DNA of 63,576 nucleotides, counting the filler, from Reticulomyxa filosa (taxonomy: Eukaryota; Protista; Foraminifera): NCBI GenBank assembly GCA_000512085.1. It is 22 parts of 22 records of this genome, joined end to end, with 100 filler letters (N's around TTAATTAATTAA, not from the genome) between each part and the next. Parts side by side here need not be neighbours in the genome. Positions count along the whole stretch, not along the records: positions 20,824 to 28,911 come from ASPP01016118.1; positions 29,012 to 30,180 come from ASPP01042027.1; positions 30,281 to 36,780 come from ASPP01005694.1; positions 36,881 to 39,502 come from ASPP01011551.1; positions 39,603 to 43,343 come from ASPP01019304.1; 17 more parts are not named here. One strand, 5' to 3'. Below are positions 27,001-40,256 of the stretch, piece after piece; position 1 is the first letter of the stretch; each line of letters opens with the position of its first letter. Under the pieces are notes generated by a model. The model saw only the letters and a program-made list of their open reading frames with translations, ran no database searches and was not told where the DNA came from. A program made the position numbers and the translations under genes.

Positions 27001-28820
27001 GCCAATATTGATTCCGATGGCGGACAAATCGTCACAAAACTAGGCGGTGCATTAATTGCATCCCATCAGTTTGAAAAAGCAATTGAACACTATGAGGTGA
27101 TTATTTGTTTATTATCATTAATATTATTATTATCACTATTATTATTTATTGTCCTTTTAATTGCAATATACATTAATTTGTTGCTGTTGTTGTTGTTGTT
27201 GCTAAAGGACGCACTTCAATCAAATCATCTGTCCCCTCAGGAAAGACGTAGTGTCCAGCTCGAGTTGGCGGAATTGTATATTGACTTTAATCGTCACAGC
27301 CAAGCACAACAGCTGCTAGTGGAGTCTATCAATCCTACTGCGGAGTCATTCGAGGAGATACAAAATAATGTGCAACTTTTGGAGTTATTTGCTGAGCTGT
27401 ACACTAATGTGAATCAAATTAACGACGCTTTGATTTTGTACGAAAAAATTTGTGAGCAGTATGACAAACTTTTGACCATAAGAAACGGGACTTATTTTAC
27501 TCATGAACTCGAGAAAAAAGCAGCAGACGCATATTTTTTCTTATACTTTGCCATCAAAAAGTTGTTCACCGCTGGTAACGAAGAGGAAAATGAACAGGCT
27601 CAATACAATGCAACCGCACAAAAATGTTTAAGTCAATGTTTAGAGTTAAATTTGCGGCATTCCAAAGCTCTACTGGCAAGTTTTACAAAAAAAAAAAGTA
27701 ACATAATCTTTGTCAGAATTTAAAAAAAAATGTTTCAAAAATATTTTTTTGAAAGCATCCCTTTTTCCCTTCGTTCACATCTCTAATTTTATTTTTCCTT
27801 ATACATTATTTTTGTGGTAATAAAACAAAAAAACTAGGCAAAAGCAAGGGAAGACTTGAAAGTAGGGCAATACGATGCTTGCAAAGCAAATTTGATTGAG
27901 CTCATAGAAGTGGAGCCAACACAAGACGACGTGATAGCCCAAGATATCAAAAACGCGGTAATCTTGTTAGCAGAATGCCATATTCGATGCAATGACCACA
28001 AGAAATGTATTCCGTGGTTAGAAAAGTCTTGCATAGCGCATAGCAGCAATCCTCCCATTGAATATGAAATTGTGTGGATGTATGCACAAGTGTTGTGGAT
28101 GAGCAATGACGTAAAGGGTTTGAAATGTTTGATGGAAATATATGATAGCAAGAGAGGGAGCAGTGAGAAAGCACAGTCGACCATGTATGACTGCTTTGCT
28201 CACTATTTTCGAGGTATGGTCGCGTACGTTATGGAAAACGATGCAAAAGCTGCCATTGATTATTTCAATCAAAGCAAAATGTGTTCTCGACACATGATGG
28301 GTTTACTAAAGTGTGACGAAAAAAGTTTGTATGCGGATGACGTGTTTGACTATTACACTGAAACCATTAAACAAATGATTACCATTTATTTGCGTCCAGA
28401 TTGTTACCAAACATTTTATGATGTGTTACAAGAATACATTCACGAGAAGAGATCTATTCACGTTTAATATTATATATATACATATATATACATATATATA
28501 TTTATACTTATATGTATTGATTTAATATTATTAAAAATTATTTATGAAAAAAAACGTGCTCAATGCTAGTTAGAGACTGCATACTTGCTACTGCAAGAAT
28601 GGAAAACGTATACGTATGAAAATGCCAAAGACCCCTTGGTAATCGTTTACGGATGTCGTATTTTGTTATGCACTCAAAAACGCCAGGACATTGAAAAAGC
28701 GTGCCAAACACTTGAAGCAATGTGCAAAAGATATCCCACACATTTTCATTGTCATTATACGTATGCTGTTGCTCTCGCTTTGATTGAACAAGTTGATGAG
28801 GCCATCACTGTGTTAACGTT
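24022..28820 (+). CDS. TTC21B: TPR protein TTC21B/IFT139 (IFT-A subunit), multi-exon, 3' partial
   Basis: N-terminus DIIHYYGVNHQW (cf. LINYYCQERYF). MYFYHIGRIKQSRHFCEK...LCMLGWI (cf. LFLWHIGRHDKAREY...VLKAWL). LDQASASNFEVQSMPVFQYFKG (cf. [22 protein letters not shown]). LLADAYMRV...DAI..YQQAL...KLGGALIASHQFEKAIEHYE. Confidence 0.85.
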
Positions 28821-28874
28821 AAGCTCATTCCCCTTTCCCTCCTTCACGCTATTATGTCATTGTTTTCTTTATCT

Positions 28875-28911
<37 letters not shown>

Positions 28912-29011
28912 NNNNNNNNNNNNNNNNNNNNNNNNNNNNNNNNNNNNNNNNNNNNTTAATTAATTAANNNNNNNNNNNNNNNNNNNNNNNNNNNNNNNNN
29001 NNNNNNNNNNN

Positions 29012-29495
29012 AATATGTATGAAAAATATTTCATTCTAATTTTTGTATTTCATATCCTTCTTTCACATCCAATAAACGAATTGTCTTATTATCTGAACAT
29101 ACAATCATTTGATCATTTGAAAAATATTTTACATCATTTACAAAATATGACTGTTCTGAAAATATTTTCAATTGTTTTCCTGATACTACATCCCATATCC
29201 GAATTGTTCCATCATATGAACATGATACAATAAATTGACTATTTGGAGAAAATGCTGCACGCATGACATAATTAGAATGTCCTATTAATAGTTTTAATAT
29301 ATCACCTGATTTTGCATTCCATAATATAATTTTTTTATCACGAGATAATGATACAATCATTTTATCATCTGGTGAATATTTTCCACTTAATACTCCTTCT
29401 AAATGACCAATTAATGTTTGAACAAGCTTTCTTGAATTTGTCTCCCATATTCGTATCATTTTATCATCTGAGCCTGATATAATATCTTTTCCATA
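29012..29495 (-). pseudogene. WD40-repeat fragment, probably a pseudogene
   Basis: Repeated GH...S.D.TIRIWD units (LIGHSNYVMRAAFSPNSQFIVSCSYDGTIRIWD). Truncated, with no plausible 5' end. Confidence 0.75.
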
Positions 29496-29547
29496 TTACA
29501 AATACATTAATGAAGGCTTACCAATTTGATACTCTTATTCATTCCAG

Positions 29548-29900
29548 CTATGTTTCTTTTATATCTGATGATAACTCAGTACTATAAATTGCAATTCTGT
29601 CTTTTCTACCTTTGTTTTTTTGATATTTATTTCCTCCAATACATGTAATAATTCCAAAAATTTGTTTGGATATATTAGTATTCAATTGAGATGAAAATTG
29701 ATCTTGACTTTGAAATTCTATCAATATTGGTCCTCCACTTCCATCACCGTTACTTTTACCATTATGTTCATAACCATTTCCTCCATTGGATTCAACTGAA
29801 CCATTATTAACTAACTGCTGTTCAACTATTAGTCCAATTATTCCACCATCACTTCCAAAATGAATTTCTTTTAATAAAGTCTTTTCTCCAAGTAGCCACT
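29548..29900 (-). pseudogene. Glycine-rich domain relic (not in the ORF track)
   Basis: Open frame LGEKTLLKEIHFGSDGGIIGLIVEQQLVNNGSVESNGG...GSGGPILIEF...FGIITCIGG...RIAIY. It has no start codon and the Gly motifs are eroded. Confidence 0.55.
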
Positions 29901-30351
29901 GAAAAAAGCATAGTCATGCATAAATGAAAAAAACAAATTTCAACGATTTGCATTAATTAAACAAAAAAAAGATAGTCACTTCAATGGATTTGTTGTGACC
30001 TAATAAGTTTATTCCAACTGTCTTTGGTGTGTGGTGATATCACAACAACACTCATCTTTCGAAAGCTTCCACCATTGATTAATGTCATCGGCTATCAAAG
30101 GGTGTTCAAATGCAATTTGTAAGAGGTTGCTATCTTTACCTCGTCTCGACTGAATCCACTGAAAAATTGGACAGCATATANNNNNNNNNNNNNNNNNNNN
30201 NNNNNNNNNNNNNNNNNNNNNNNNTTAATTAATTAANNNNNNNNNNNNNNNNNNNNNNNNNNNNNNNNNNNNNNNNNNNNAGCTAAACAGACTTAAAAAT
30301 TATCCTTTTTTTTTAACTTTTTAAGCTTTGTTTTGTTAACAAATTTGCATA

Positions 30352-31811
30352 ATGCACGTCATCAATTTGTGTATATATGTTACAAATGTATGCTACATAC
30401 TTCGATTTCTGCCACTGCTTTTGGTAAGACCGGCAACAGCCTCTGAACTAAACGCAGAGGAACAGATCGGACCGAAAATACAAACACCACTCCCTTGTGA
30501 GCAAGTTAGAGTGACAGACGACGGACAAATCAGGGCGGAATTGCTGGTTCCATTTTTACATTACATGGAGTATTCAAAAGAATACGAATGGACGGGATTC
30601 TTGAGAAGTGACAGTCAAATCTGGGACTATGATATCCCCCCAACTCCAAACGCTTACATTGAATTAATGGAGCCGAAGGTAATAAATACAAGTTATTCAA
30701 AACAAATGGTGTCAATAATTTTTCAATACCCAGCAAAGAAAATTTACAAAGAAAAAGGGAAAAAAATGATGTTTCATGAGTTATCCTGTCGTTTGGTGAA
30801 TAAAAAATCGCTCAATTTGTTGTCTTCCAAGGAGAAATTCAATCCAAAAGTGTATTTCTATACAATCAACGAGAAAAATGACAATAACAAATTGGAAGAT
30901 GAAATTACAGTGCGATTAACCGAGCTATTGCAGCAACACAAGCAAGTGCAAGAACGTCTCAAACATGAAAATGACGTGTTACAAAAAAGCTATTTGAAAA
31001 CGAGTAACGAGTATGAAAAATACATAAAAAAAAAAGAACTGTATACAGAACAGGATTGGATTGACAGATTTGTAAATAACAAGTATGATACAAACAATGA
31101 CAACAATGGATTGTTGTCGTTAGTCGACACGATTGACAAAAATGGACTTTATAAATTCAAACAACAATTGTTCACAAATGAATTTTTGGATATCTTATCA
31201 CAAGAGTTAGATAATGCTTATCAAATCCGGTCCAATCATATTCTTACCTTAAAACGTCCAAATTCAATGAACAATGATGGCTTTGTGTTGAAACAATTGG
31301 GCCTTGGAAATGCAATTTTTTATTTTTTCGAACATTTTTTGCAACATATTGTTACTCCATTGTATCCATATTATTTGTGGTGTGCTGATAGTGTTGATGA
31401 TATTCATGCTTTTACTATTCGATACAAACATCAACTTGATACCCACCATTGTCCCCTTCTCCTCCTCTTTTTGATACCAATTTAAGTCGACACATTGATC
31501 AATCTGAATTTACACTGAATGTTTGTCTAAAGAATGATGACACTGATCATAGTATTGTTTACTTTGATGGCATTCGGGATGTTTCCGATCCTGCCGCTGT
31601 TAATGTCAGCTTAAGTAATGGAGAAACCATCTTTCATTTGGGACAGTGGTGGCATGGAGCCAATTCTATCACTTTTGGAGAACGAATTAACATGATTTTG
31701 TGGTTTCGTAGCTCACATTGCCGAACATCTATCACCTCATACATGCTCGATCAATGTCCATCACTTGTTCCTGATCATAACACCAAAACACAAGATAAAG
31801 AGGACTTATAA
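30352..31811 (+). CDS. 2OG-Fe(II) dioxygenase, OGFOD2/PLOD-type; 1-nt frameshift at about 31443
   Basis: KRPNSMNNDGFVL and HAFTIRY, then HIDQSEFTLNVCL (HxD) and WHGANSITFGERINMILWFRS (distal His and Arg). The two ORFs join if one C is added to a C-run. Confidence 0.8.
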
Positions 31812-32992
31812 TTCGATCAAAATAAAGAAACAAGTTTTGTCCAGTTTTTTTAATGGCATTAAAGTCATTGAAACAAAATTATTGACATTGATCAAAAGAA
31901 AATGAAAAAATTATAAGGTGTAATTTTTCAGTGAAAAATCAAAATTTTTTTTTACAAATTTTGAAGTTTCATTTTCTAGAATTTCAACGAATCACAAGTT
32001 TCACTGTTTACTCATAACAAAAATTCAAAAGATTACGAGCAAGTAGCTGCTTGTAATAAATACTCTTTAATTTTTGTTGTAAACTTAAAAGCAATTTTTA
32101 TCAATTATTGACTTTCAATTGTTCTATTAGCAGTTTTCTTTTTGTAATGTATTCAATTGAATTATTTACTAAATTAATGAGTCATTCTTTATTGCAATGC
32201 ATAAAAATTATCTAACAATATTGTAACACATGGACTCATATGATAAATGTATTATATAATACTATCAGAATATAGTGATTAGCATGAATAATAAAAATAT
32301 CAAGTCTTATTGAATATTAACCAATAAATACCAAATCAGATTAAGAACCAATCAATAAGTCATAGGTATTAATCACAATATCAAGAGCGACTGCATGCAT
32401 TATAACTTGGAATTTTGATTGATCTTAACAGAATATTTTCAACTAAGATACAATATTTCTCCAACGACTTCAACAACAAAATATCAAGCTATTCAAAATA
32501 AGTTAATAAGTTCACAAAGCACAAGTTAAATGGATAATATTAGTTACTCACGTGTATGACATAACACTTGTTTTCTCTTTTTGCGATTCCTATTGAACAA
32601 ATCTTGACTTGAAAATTTCGTTCAAAAAGTTCAACAGTGAAAATTTTTTTCATGTACCAGAAAAAATACTTAACTAGCATAAATTATTGTCGATTTTTTC
32701 AACACATGCTCTGTTATATATCCACGAAAAAGGTATGATAGTACTCTTGCATAAGATAAGTAGAATAAGAAAAAATATTTTTAGACGGTTAAGATAGCGA
32801 TGACAAACTACAGATATTGAAAGTGAATTGTATAGATGCTGTTTCTATGAAATTTTTCACAAAAAAAAGAGACTAAATGCAAAAAACATTTCAACAGTTT
32901 ACTTAGGACCACCACAGGCAACAATATTGATGATGAAAACACTTAACAACCAATGAACAAACAAAAGACAAGCGTGTTTATAACCGCACTAT

Positions 32993-34023
32993 TTATAAGC
33001 ATAAGAAATGCTTTTTCCATCCAGTTCTATAGTTAGGAGATGGCTGTTGGATGTTCTTAGAGCCTATGGCATTGGAATTAGGAAGGAGCAAACTTTGCTT
33101 TTTTTCTTTTAATTTTCGGGTCATTGATTTGGACTTACAATAATTGATAGCTCTTGACACGCTATAGTCACAAAGTTCTAGAATTTCACGAGCTTGTTGG
33201 GCGCTCAAGCCTGGAACCGCTTGACATAACTGGCTTTGCTTTTCCCACTGGTTATCTTCACGATACAGTTTAAGTGCTTGCCTTACGTTCCAGTTTGCTT
33301 CTCCTGTTATATTTTTTTAAATAATATCGAAGGTATGACAATGTAATTTTATAGAGATTTTGTTGTCGGGCATATCGTGTTGCACTTCAAAAAAAAAAAA
33401 AAGGGCTCACTATGTATACAACGTATTACCCAAATAATAGTTGGCTCGTTGATCATCTACTTCGCAAGCATAATATTGCAATACTTTGCGCAAATTATAT
33501 TTTCCGTCCTCATCCGGTTCTTTTGGCTCATCATCTTCCGGTCGGCTTTGTCTCATCTGGTCTTTCTTAGCTTGTTCGTCTGACTCTTTTGTTTTTTCGA
33601 TATCCTCAGATGCTTCCAAAGTTAAATTGATCTTGTTATCTAACGGAACGAGAAGCAATTTTCCCACCATATGTCCTAGTTGATGCCCGAAACATGCTTC
33701 ACGATTAAACTTCCTCAACCGAGACTGAGATACGCCAAAGCGCAGAGATAAGCTGAGCAAAGAATCACCCTCTTCGATCTGTTCATAATAATTAAATGTA
33801 CTTTTTTGAGTGTTCATTTTTTCCTCTGCTTTTGCTTTTGAAGCCATAAAAATATTTATTTACTTACACGATAAAACATGAAGCCAGCTGGAGCTTTGGG
33901 AACGCTTCCGTCCTCGTCCGGCCATTGGGGTGTTTTACCCTCTGCCTCCCCATTTTCTGGAGGAAGTTTCAAATTTCCATAGCTTACTTCTTTTTCTTTG
34001 ACAGGAAGAGGGATATGGAACAT
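32993..34023 (-). CDS. LysM-domain protein with two C-terminal UBA-like helical repeats; three exons
   Basis: Splicing CGT|gtaagt...gaacag|ATC gives FYRIEEGDSLLSLSLRFGVSQSRLRKFN...GKLLLVP (LysM). The second intron gives QRANYYLGEANWNVRQALKLY and QQAREILELCDYSVSRAINY. Confidence 0.75.
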
Positions 34024-35401
34024 ATCGATAGGATATCGAACCAAAATGGTAATAAAAGCAGTAAGCCCTTTCTTAATTTTATAAAACTTATTTTAATACC
34101 ATAATATTTTCAACTAGCAAAGCAATCATTGGCAGCAAATTTTGAGTTTTCAACACTTTTGATAATTACAGCATTTATATTAAATTGATTGTTTTCTTAG
34201 TCGTGTTAGTTTTTTAAAAAAATGAAGTTTCCTCACGCAAGAAATGAAAGTTAATTGCTGAGAAATGTTAGCAGTTATTGACGAGCATCCAAATATCGCA
34301 ATGTTCGTAGTGACTTATGACAGTTTCAAAAACTAGTTTAAAAGTACAGTACACATTCCTTTGGAACGGTACAAAAAGTTATGTTTAAGTATGTATTATA
34401 TCTTTTAAAAAAGAACATTGTTCTACTGACAAAGCAAAAACAATGTGTTACAAAAAAATTTCATTCGATTAAAAAATGTTTAAGTGCAAATCTAAAAAAC
34501 GCATAGGCTCTGACACAAAACTGAAATTTTGTTAAGGTTATTGGTTTTCTAGTTGAAAAATAAACATTTTTAAAATATATACAAATTGTCAAGTTTTAAA
34601 ATGCATTTCATTTTTCAACAATTTTTTGTCAATTGTAGACATTCTTATTTTTCTACAACTTGATTATTTTTACTTATTATCTTTATTTTTATTTTTGCTT
34701 TTAATTAATGTAGTGAGTACTGGTACAGAATTCGTAAGTGTAATACGACAAATATGCTTTTTCGAGCATAGTTTAACAAAACAAAAATAAATTAAATAAT
34801 TGTTTGACAAATCCAAGCATACTTGGTTTAGGATTGAAACTTTCACCGGAATTTACTACAACTTCTCTCCTTTTTTTTGTGTACCTGTCAGAACAAATTG
34901 CAAAGACAGTAGTGGGTCTTTGCAATCACTGTGAAAATTAATTACAGAGGTAACGTTACAACCACCAATCGCGCATATCACACGATGGACCAGGATTTTA
35001 TTCACTGAGGAATTAAATCGTATTAGTTGCTCGTTCTCTGAAGTTGACAATACGATACACCCTATTTATCATATTAGCGAAATTTAATGCCATGTTTTTC
35101 TCCTAACACTTGTTCCTGACGCAACACTTACATGATAAAAACAGGAGAAACTCCCCCAAACCCATTGCTGATATACAAACACAATTTTTTTATTTTAAAA
35201 AAACTTTACGTAATATGCGGACTTTTTGATAACAAAAATGTATCGTTGCCTTGTACTGGCCTTATAAAATGCGTCTTTGTTAATTTGCTTAAAATTGTGC
35301 TATGTTTACTTCAGTTTAATTAAAAAATTTGAATTTTGCAAAGTATTGAGAAAAAAAAGGAATATCTGACACTGAGTTGTTGATCTCGAAAAATCTTTGA
35401 T

Positions 35402-36050
35402 ATGAAAGGTAAAAACGAACATTATTTTTTATCTTGGTTGGATAACACCAAAGTAAAATCATTTGTCAAGCAAATCCAAGCAGTGGAATCTTCAGTGAAA
35501 GAATGGTTACTGAAGGACAAATGGGAATTCCACAAGTCAGTTGACAATTACCAAACGTATAAAGGCGAGTCAGTGAACTTTGAAACAAGAGTTTTTAAAA
35601 TATGGGACGAAACGGCGTATGTACGTATGGAAAGTATACTCAATAATTCCAGAAAAAAATGCGCAATCAGTGACTGATTACTACCGAGCAAAAAAAAATA
35701 ATGGAAATCGATACAGATACGATAGATGGTATGCAAAACACCAACGTGTTTTCCACGAAAGCTTTGAACACAAACGCCAGTAAAGACAAGGCCACCGCAA
35801 AAGCGATAGATGTAAGAGATGTGGAATGCTGTATAACCGTGGTAAAATTAAAAGGTATCAACATTGGAAAGATCGGTTTGATATCACCACGAATGTATGT
35901 GAACTTAGGCAAACTTTTGTATAATCACAAGGCGAAGTAATACACAATTGTTAGTACGTACTTAGAGTTATAGAAACTGCAGCAATTTATCAAAGACACT
36001 CAATGTGCACATAAAGTGGCTGAGTCGATCGTAGCAATATTTCTACGTTT
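35402..36050 (+). pseudogene. Interrupted intronless coding relic of unknown family
   Basis: Three overlapping short ORFs with protein-like composition, separated by frameshifts and stops. Confidence 0.35.
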
Positions 36051-36880
36051 AATGTCCTTTTTATAATTTTTTTTTTAAATTACTGCTATGAAATGTTTAA
36101 AAAATGATATACATATATGTTTCAAATAGAAATGGTAAAGATAAGTCAAAATTGCTTTAAAAAGAATTAAACTCAATTCCAAGTTTGATGAAGTGAAATT
36201 GGATAACTCGAAATATGCTACTACTTCGAGTATTGATTTATACATTGTGAATTCGCAAAAAATGCTTTTGATAAGCCAAACGCAGCGAAGTTTAATGACT
36301 CTGACGAGGATTCAGAACTAAATTGATTGAAAAATCAATTTTAACATTACATAAAGAACTTTTTTTTTTTAATGTCTATCATGAAATGTGTGATGAACAA
36401 GCAAAGTCCCTAAAAAAAAAAAGCAAAGTCTATTCTTTTTATACTCACAGTGCATGCAATATGTTATCATAATGTACTTCATCAAGACTTGCAACAACTT
36501 AATATTAATAAAGAAAAAAAAGATACATTAATACTTAATTAAATTAATGTTAATATATTGTTAATATCTATATTATAATAAAACTAATATATTATCAACT
36601 AGTAATCATAATAAGTCCTAGATGCGTAAATGTCGGTCAACTTTATGTGGATCCTTTCCTAGATAGATTTTTGCATAATGCATTCATCTTGTCCGAAGGT
36701 AATGTATGATTATTTATATATTAAAAATGATGGTCAATGATATAACAGAAGATTATGTTCATTTTAAGGTTACATATAGANNNNNNNNNNNNNNNNNNNN
36801 NNNNNNNNNNNNNNNNNNNNNNNNTTAATTAATTAANNNNNNNNNNNNNNNNNNNNNNNNNNNNNNNNNNNNNNNNNNNN

Positions 36881-36912
<32 letters not shown>

Positions 36913-37754
36913 TGAATCCGGGGCATTGGAAGGGGCGTCCATAGACAATAAGAACGAAGGGGCTTTTTCTAAAAATTCAATTTGAAATCGTTTGGCGAGT
37001 TTCAAAGGTTTCAAAATGTCACGAACAGACGCGCGCTCAAGCAACAGCCAGGACATGAGTGTATACACTTCGAAAAGACCGAGTGGCTTTTGAAACGTGC
37101 GTTGCAACTGTTGTTTCCATTCGTCAGCAAAGTCCTCTTTTTCGTGCAAAGCATCAGACGCTTGCTTTGCTTCGTCGCCGTCTTGTTGTTGTTGTTGTTG
37201 ATGTTGTTTACCGTCCTCGGTTTTTTTTTTGCTTGGAAAGAGCAGCTGCGCATAGACCTGGGCGCCACTTTCGCGAATGAGATTTGCAGTTTTCTCCAAA
37301 AAGCTCAGAGATGAGTTCCCATCTTTTCCTTGGTCTTGTTCCCGTTCCTGTTCTTGTTCCGATCCGGTTCCTTCTTCTTTGCTGAGGAACCAGTTGCGAA
37401 CATAGTCATCTCCCAACGAGATATCTTCATCACAAGGCTTGTCATTCTTGTCGCACTCCTCTACTTGCTTGTCCAACTCGGATGTCGCTTTTTGACAATA
37501 TTCCAACACCTTGCTTCGCGTTGTTACATCCTCCTTGTCGTATCCAAGATGGTACATACTCATGCAATAATTGTAGAAAATATTTTCAGAATCAAACTCC
37601 AACAAGTACTTGAGACACTCATACAATTCCTTACTGTCATTTCTCGCTGCTGCATCGCGTGCTTTGGCACAGCATTCTTCTGCCTTTTTTTTTAAAAAAA
37701 AAAAGTCACATTCGCACATGCATGCATTCACATGTATATATACTTTTTTTATTT

Positions 37755-37785
<31 letters not shown>

Positions 37786-38290
37786 TTGGCTTCCTTCTCA
37801 ACCTTTTACTATCCCCCCCCCCTTTTTTTTTTTTTTTAATGCGAAAAATTGTAACTTTGGAATTTGCGAGTTGATATTGTGTCAGTGCTTGTTGCATTTG
37901 CTCTGTGTTTTGTGATAATAAACTCCCGTATTCGCGATAAAGGATTGGTCGGGTTGGATACTTTTGTAACAACTTTTCATAAATCGCTTTGCTCTCATTC
38001 AATTTATTGCTCTTCACATATTTTCTCGCTTTTTCTAGACTTTCCTTATCATCGTCTATTCGTTTTTCTTCAACATCCAAACTACCATTTGAACCTCCTA
38101 CACGAGAATGACAATATCGATTCCCAATTCTCATTGCAACATTCTCGCTTTGTGACTGAGATCTCTTTCTTATACTACTGCGCAAAGGAAAAAGTGATGA
38201 GAAACCTCTCGACGCTGGTTTGAGTGGTACAGTCCCAGCCCGTTGGCAAGCAAAAATGCAACGGATCAAAGTATGTTCCATAGCATTCAC
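36881..38290 (-). CDS. TPR-containing protein with a basic, Ser/Arg-rich N-terminus (possible mitochondrial presequence); 3' partial
   Basis: LEKARKYVKSNKLNESKAIYEKLLQKYPTRPILYREYG is a TPR pattern. Intron at about 37685-37855. Second exon of about 265 aa. Confidence 0.6.
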
Positions 38291-39602
38291 TATACAATCG
38301 GGCTATAATTCAGATTGCGCACTAGATCTTAATTTTCGATTATTATAAAGGTATATGCTGAACCTTAACAGTTTTTTTTCTTTTGGCTGACAACGACCTT
38401 CGGAATCTTTATTGCAATAAATAAAAAAAAGGCAAACTAAAAAGAAATCATTTACATAATTTTAAGGTCATTCATAGCAATAAGCATAAGTAGGGAGTAG
38501 AATGCAAAAGAAAATTGACACATAAAATGGCACATTACAGAGACGATCGATTTTTTCCACGAAGAAACAACATTTAGACAATTTTTTTAAAAATATATAC
38601 GAATTGTTCAGTTTTTAAATATGATTTTGGTTTTTATTTCATATTTACAAATCGTTAAAAATTTTCAAAAAATAATTAATCTTTAATTACAATAGTATAA
38701 ATGTCAAAAAAACAAAAGGAAAAAAAATCAAATTTGAAAAAATGTTCGTTCGAATTATTGCATTAACATAAACTTTACTTTGTCATCATTTGTGTTTCTC
38801 TTGATAAAAAGTTTGATTAAATATTTTATAACTTGCAAGTTGCGCAAAACAATTCCATTTTGACATTGTTTATGCTTTTAGCGTTGCAATTAATATGTTC
38901 TGTAAAAAATTTCTTATAATTGAAGTCTGTTTCCAACTTAATCAATTCACATGTATTTATATGTCAAATTTGCACTAAATCAAAAACATAAATACAAAAA
39001 AGATTTAAAACAGTATTCTAACTTTTTGCACAATTTTTTTTTCACATTTCAATACGAATTACTGTTCCTACGTTAGTGATGACAATAAAATATCATAATT
39101 GTAAAGATAGATATAATAATGTTCTATATCGAGCTGACAGTACCAACAAACTGACATTTAATTTTTTTACGTTTCCTTTTTATTACCACTTTTTTTTGGT
39201 TTGTTTTTTAAAGTAAATAACACATTATCTTTTGCAACGTCTTCCAGCTTTCGTCTATTGCCGCAAATACCTAGCATAAATACCTTTTTGCTTAAACCAC
39301 ACTTATCGTCTTTTTGTTTTGCAGTCATACAATGTGATACTAATACTTTGTTTCTCATTGCCAAGTATAAATACTTAACATAATGTTATTATAATTTTTA
39401 TGATATTATCTTTTGTGTATTGCAAATATAATTTATTGATATTATCATCTTTACTTTATTCAAATTAAGTTTTAGCATCGATTTGCATATGACATTATCA
39501 GCNNNNNNNNNNNNNNNNNNNNNNNNNNNNNNNNNNNNNNNNNNNNTTAATTAATTAANNNNNNNNNNNNNNNNNNNNNNNNNNNNNNNNNNNNNNNNNN
39601 NN

Positions 39603-40256
39603 CCCCTTTTAATGTACCACCCGAAGACGGTGAACGAAACAGCTAATGTCACCCCAAAGACTTTTTGAATGGACTTTGAATCTTATAGAGACATTGTCGC
39701 TCATTTCAGTACGAACAAAGCCCTCCATTTGAACGAATTGATGGATTTGGAACCCGCCTCTGCATTGATCCCTGGAATGGCCATGTCGAACAATTTGGAT
39801 CAGTTCAATCGCACGTATGACGAATGGAACGTGTCACAAGAGATAACTCTCTCTTTATCTCAAATTCAACAACTTCAACAGTTTTGATTACCTTATGTTA
39901 CAACAAAATGAAAATGTTGCTTTTTTTTTATAATGCAAGTTGATATGTATGTAACAATACCGTTACTTATAACAATAGAGAAGAGGAAAGGACTAGAACT
40001 GAAAAGACGAAATCAGTTAAATTTAACTCTTTTTTTTTTTTTGTTCCTCTTCTGCAAAGAGCTCACATAACATAAACAACACCAAAACAGTCAATTTCCA
40101 TAAACGAGGAGGACAAAACTAAGGAAAAAGATGTCGAAGATGACAAATCTGATGAAAAAACCGAAGAAACAATTCACGAGAAACACCAAAGTTTTTCATC
40201 AGTTGATGACCACAATATTGCCAATCTTGAAAATAGAAAGGCCAAAATCTCGGCTA
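39603..40256 (+). pseudogene. Fragment or 3' end of an unidentified gene
   Basis: Higher-GC coding-like segments with intron-like gaps and in-frame stops. Confidence 0.3.
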
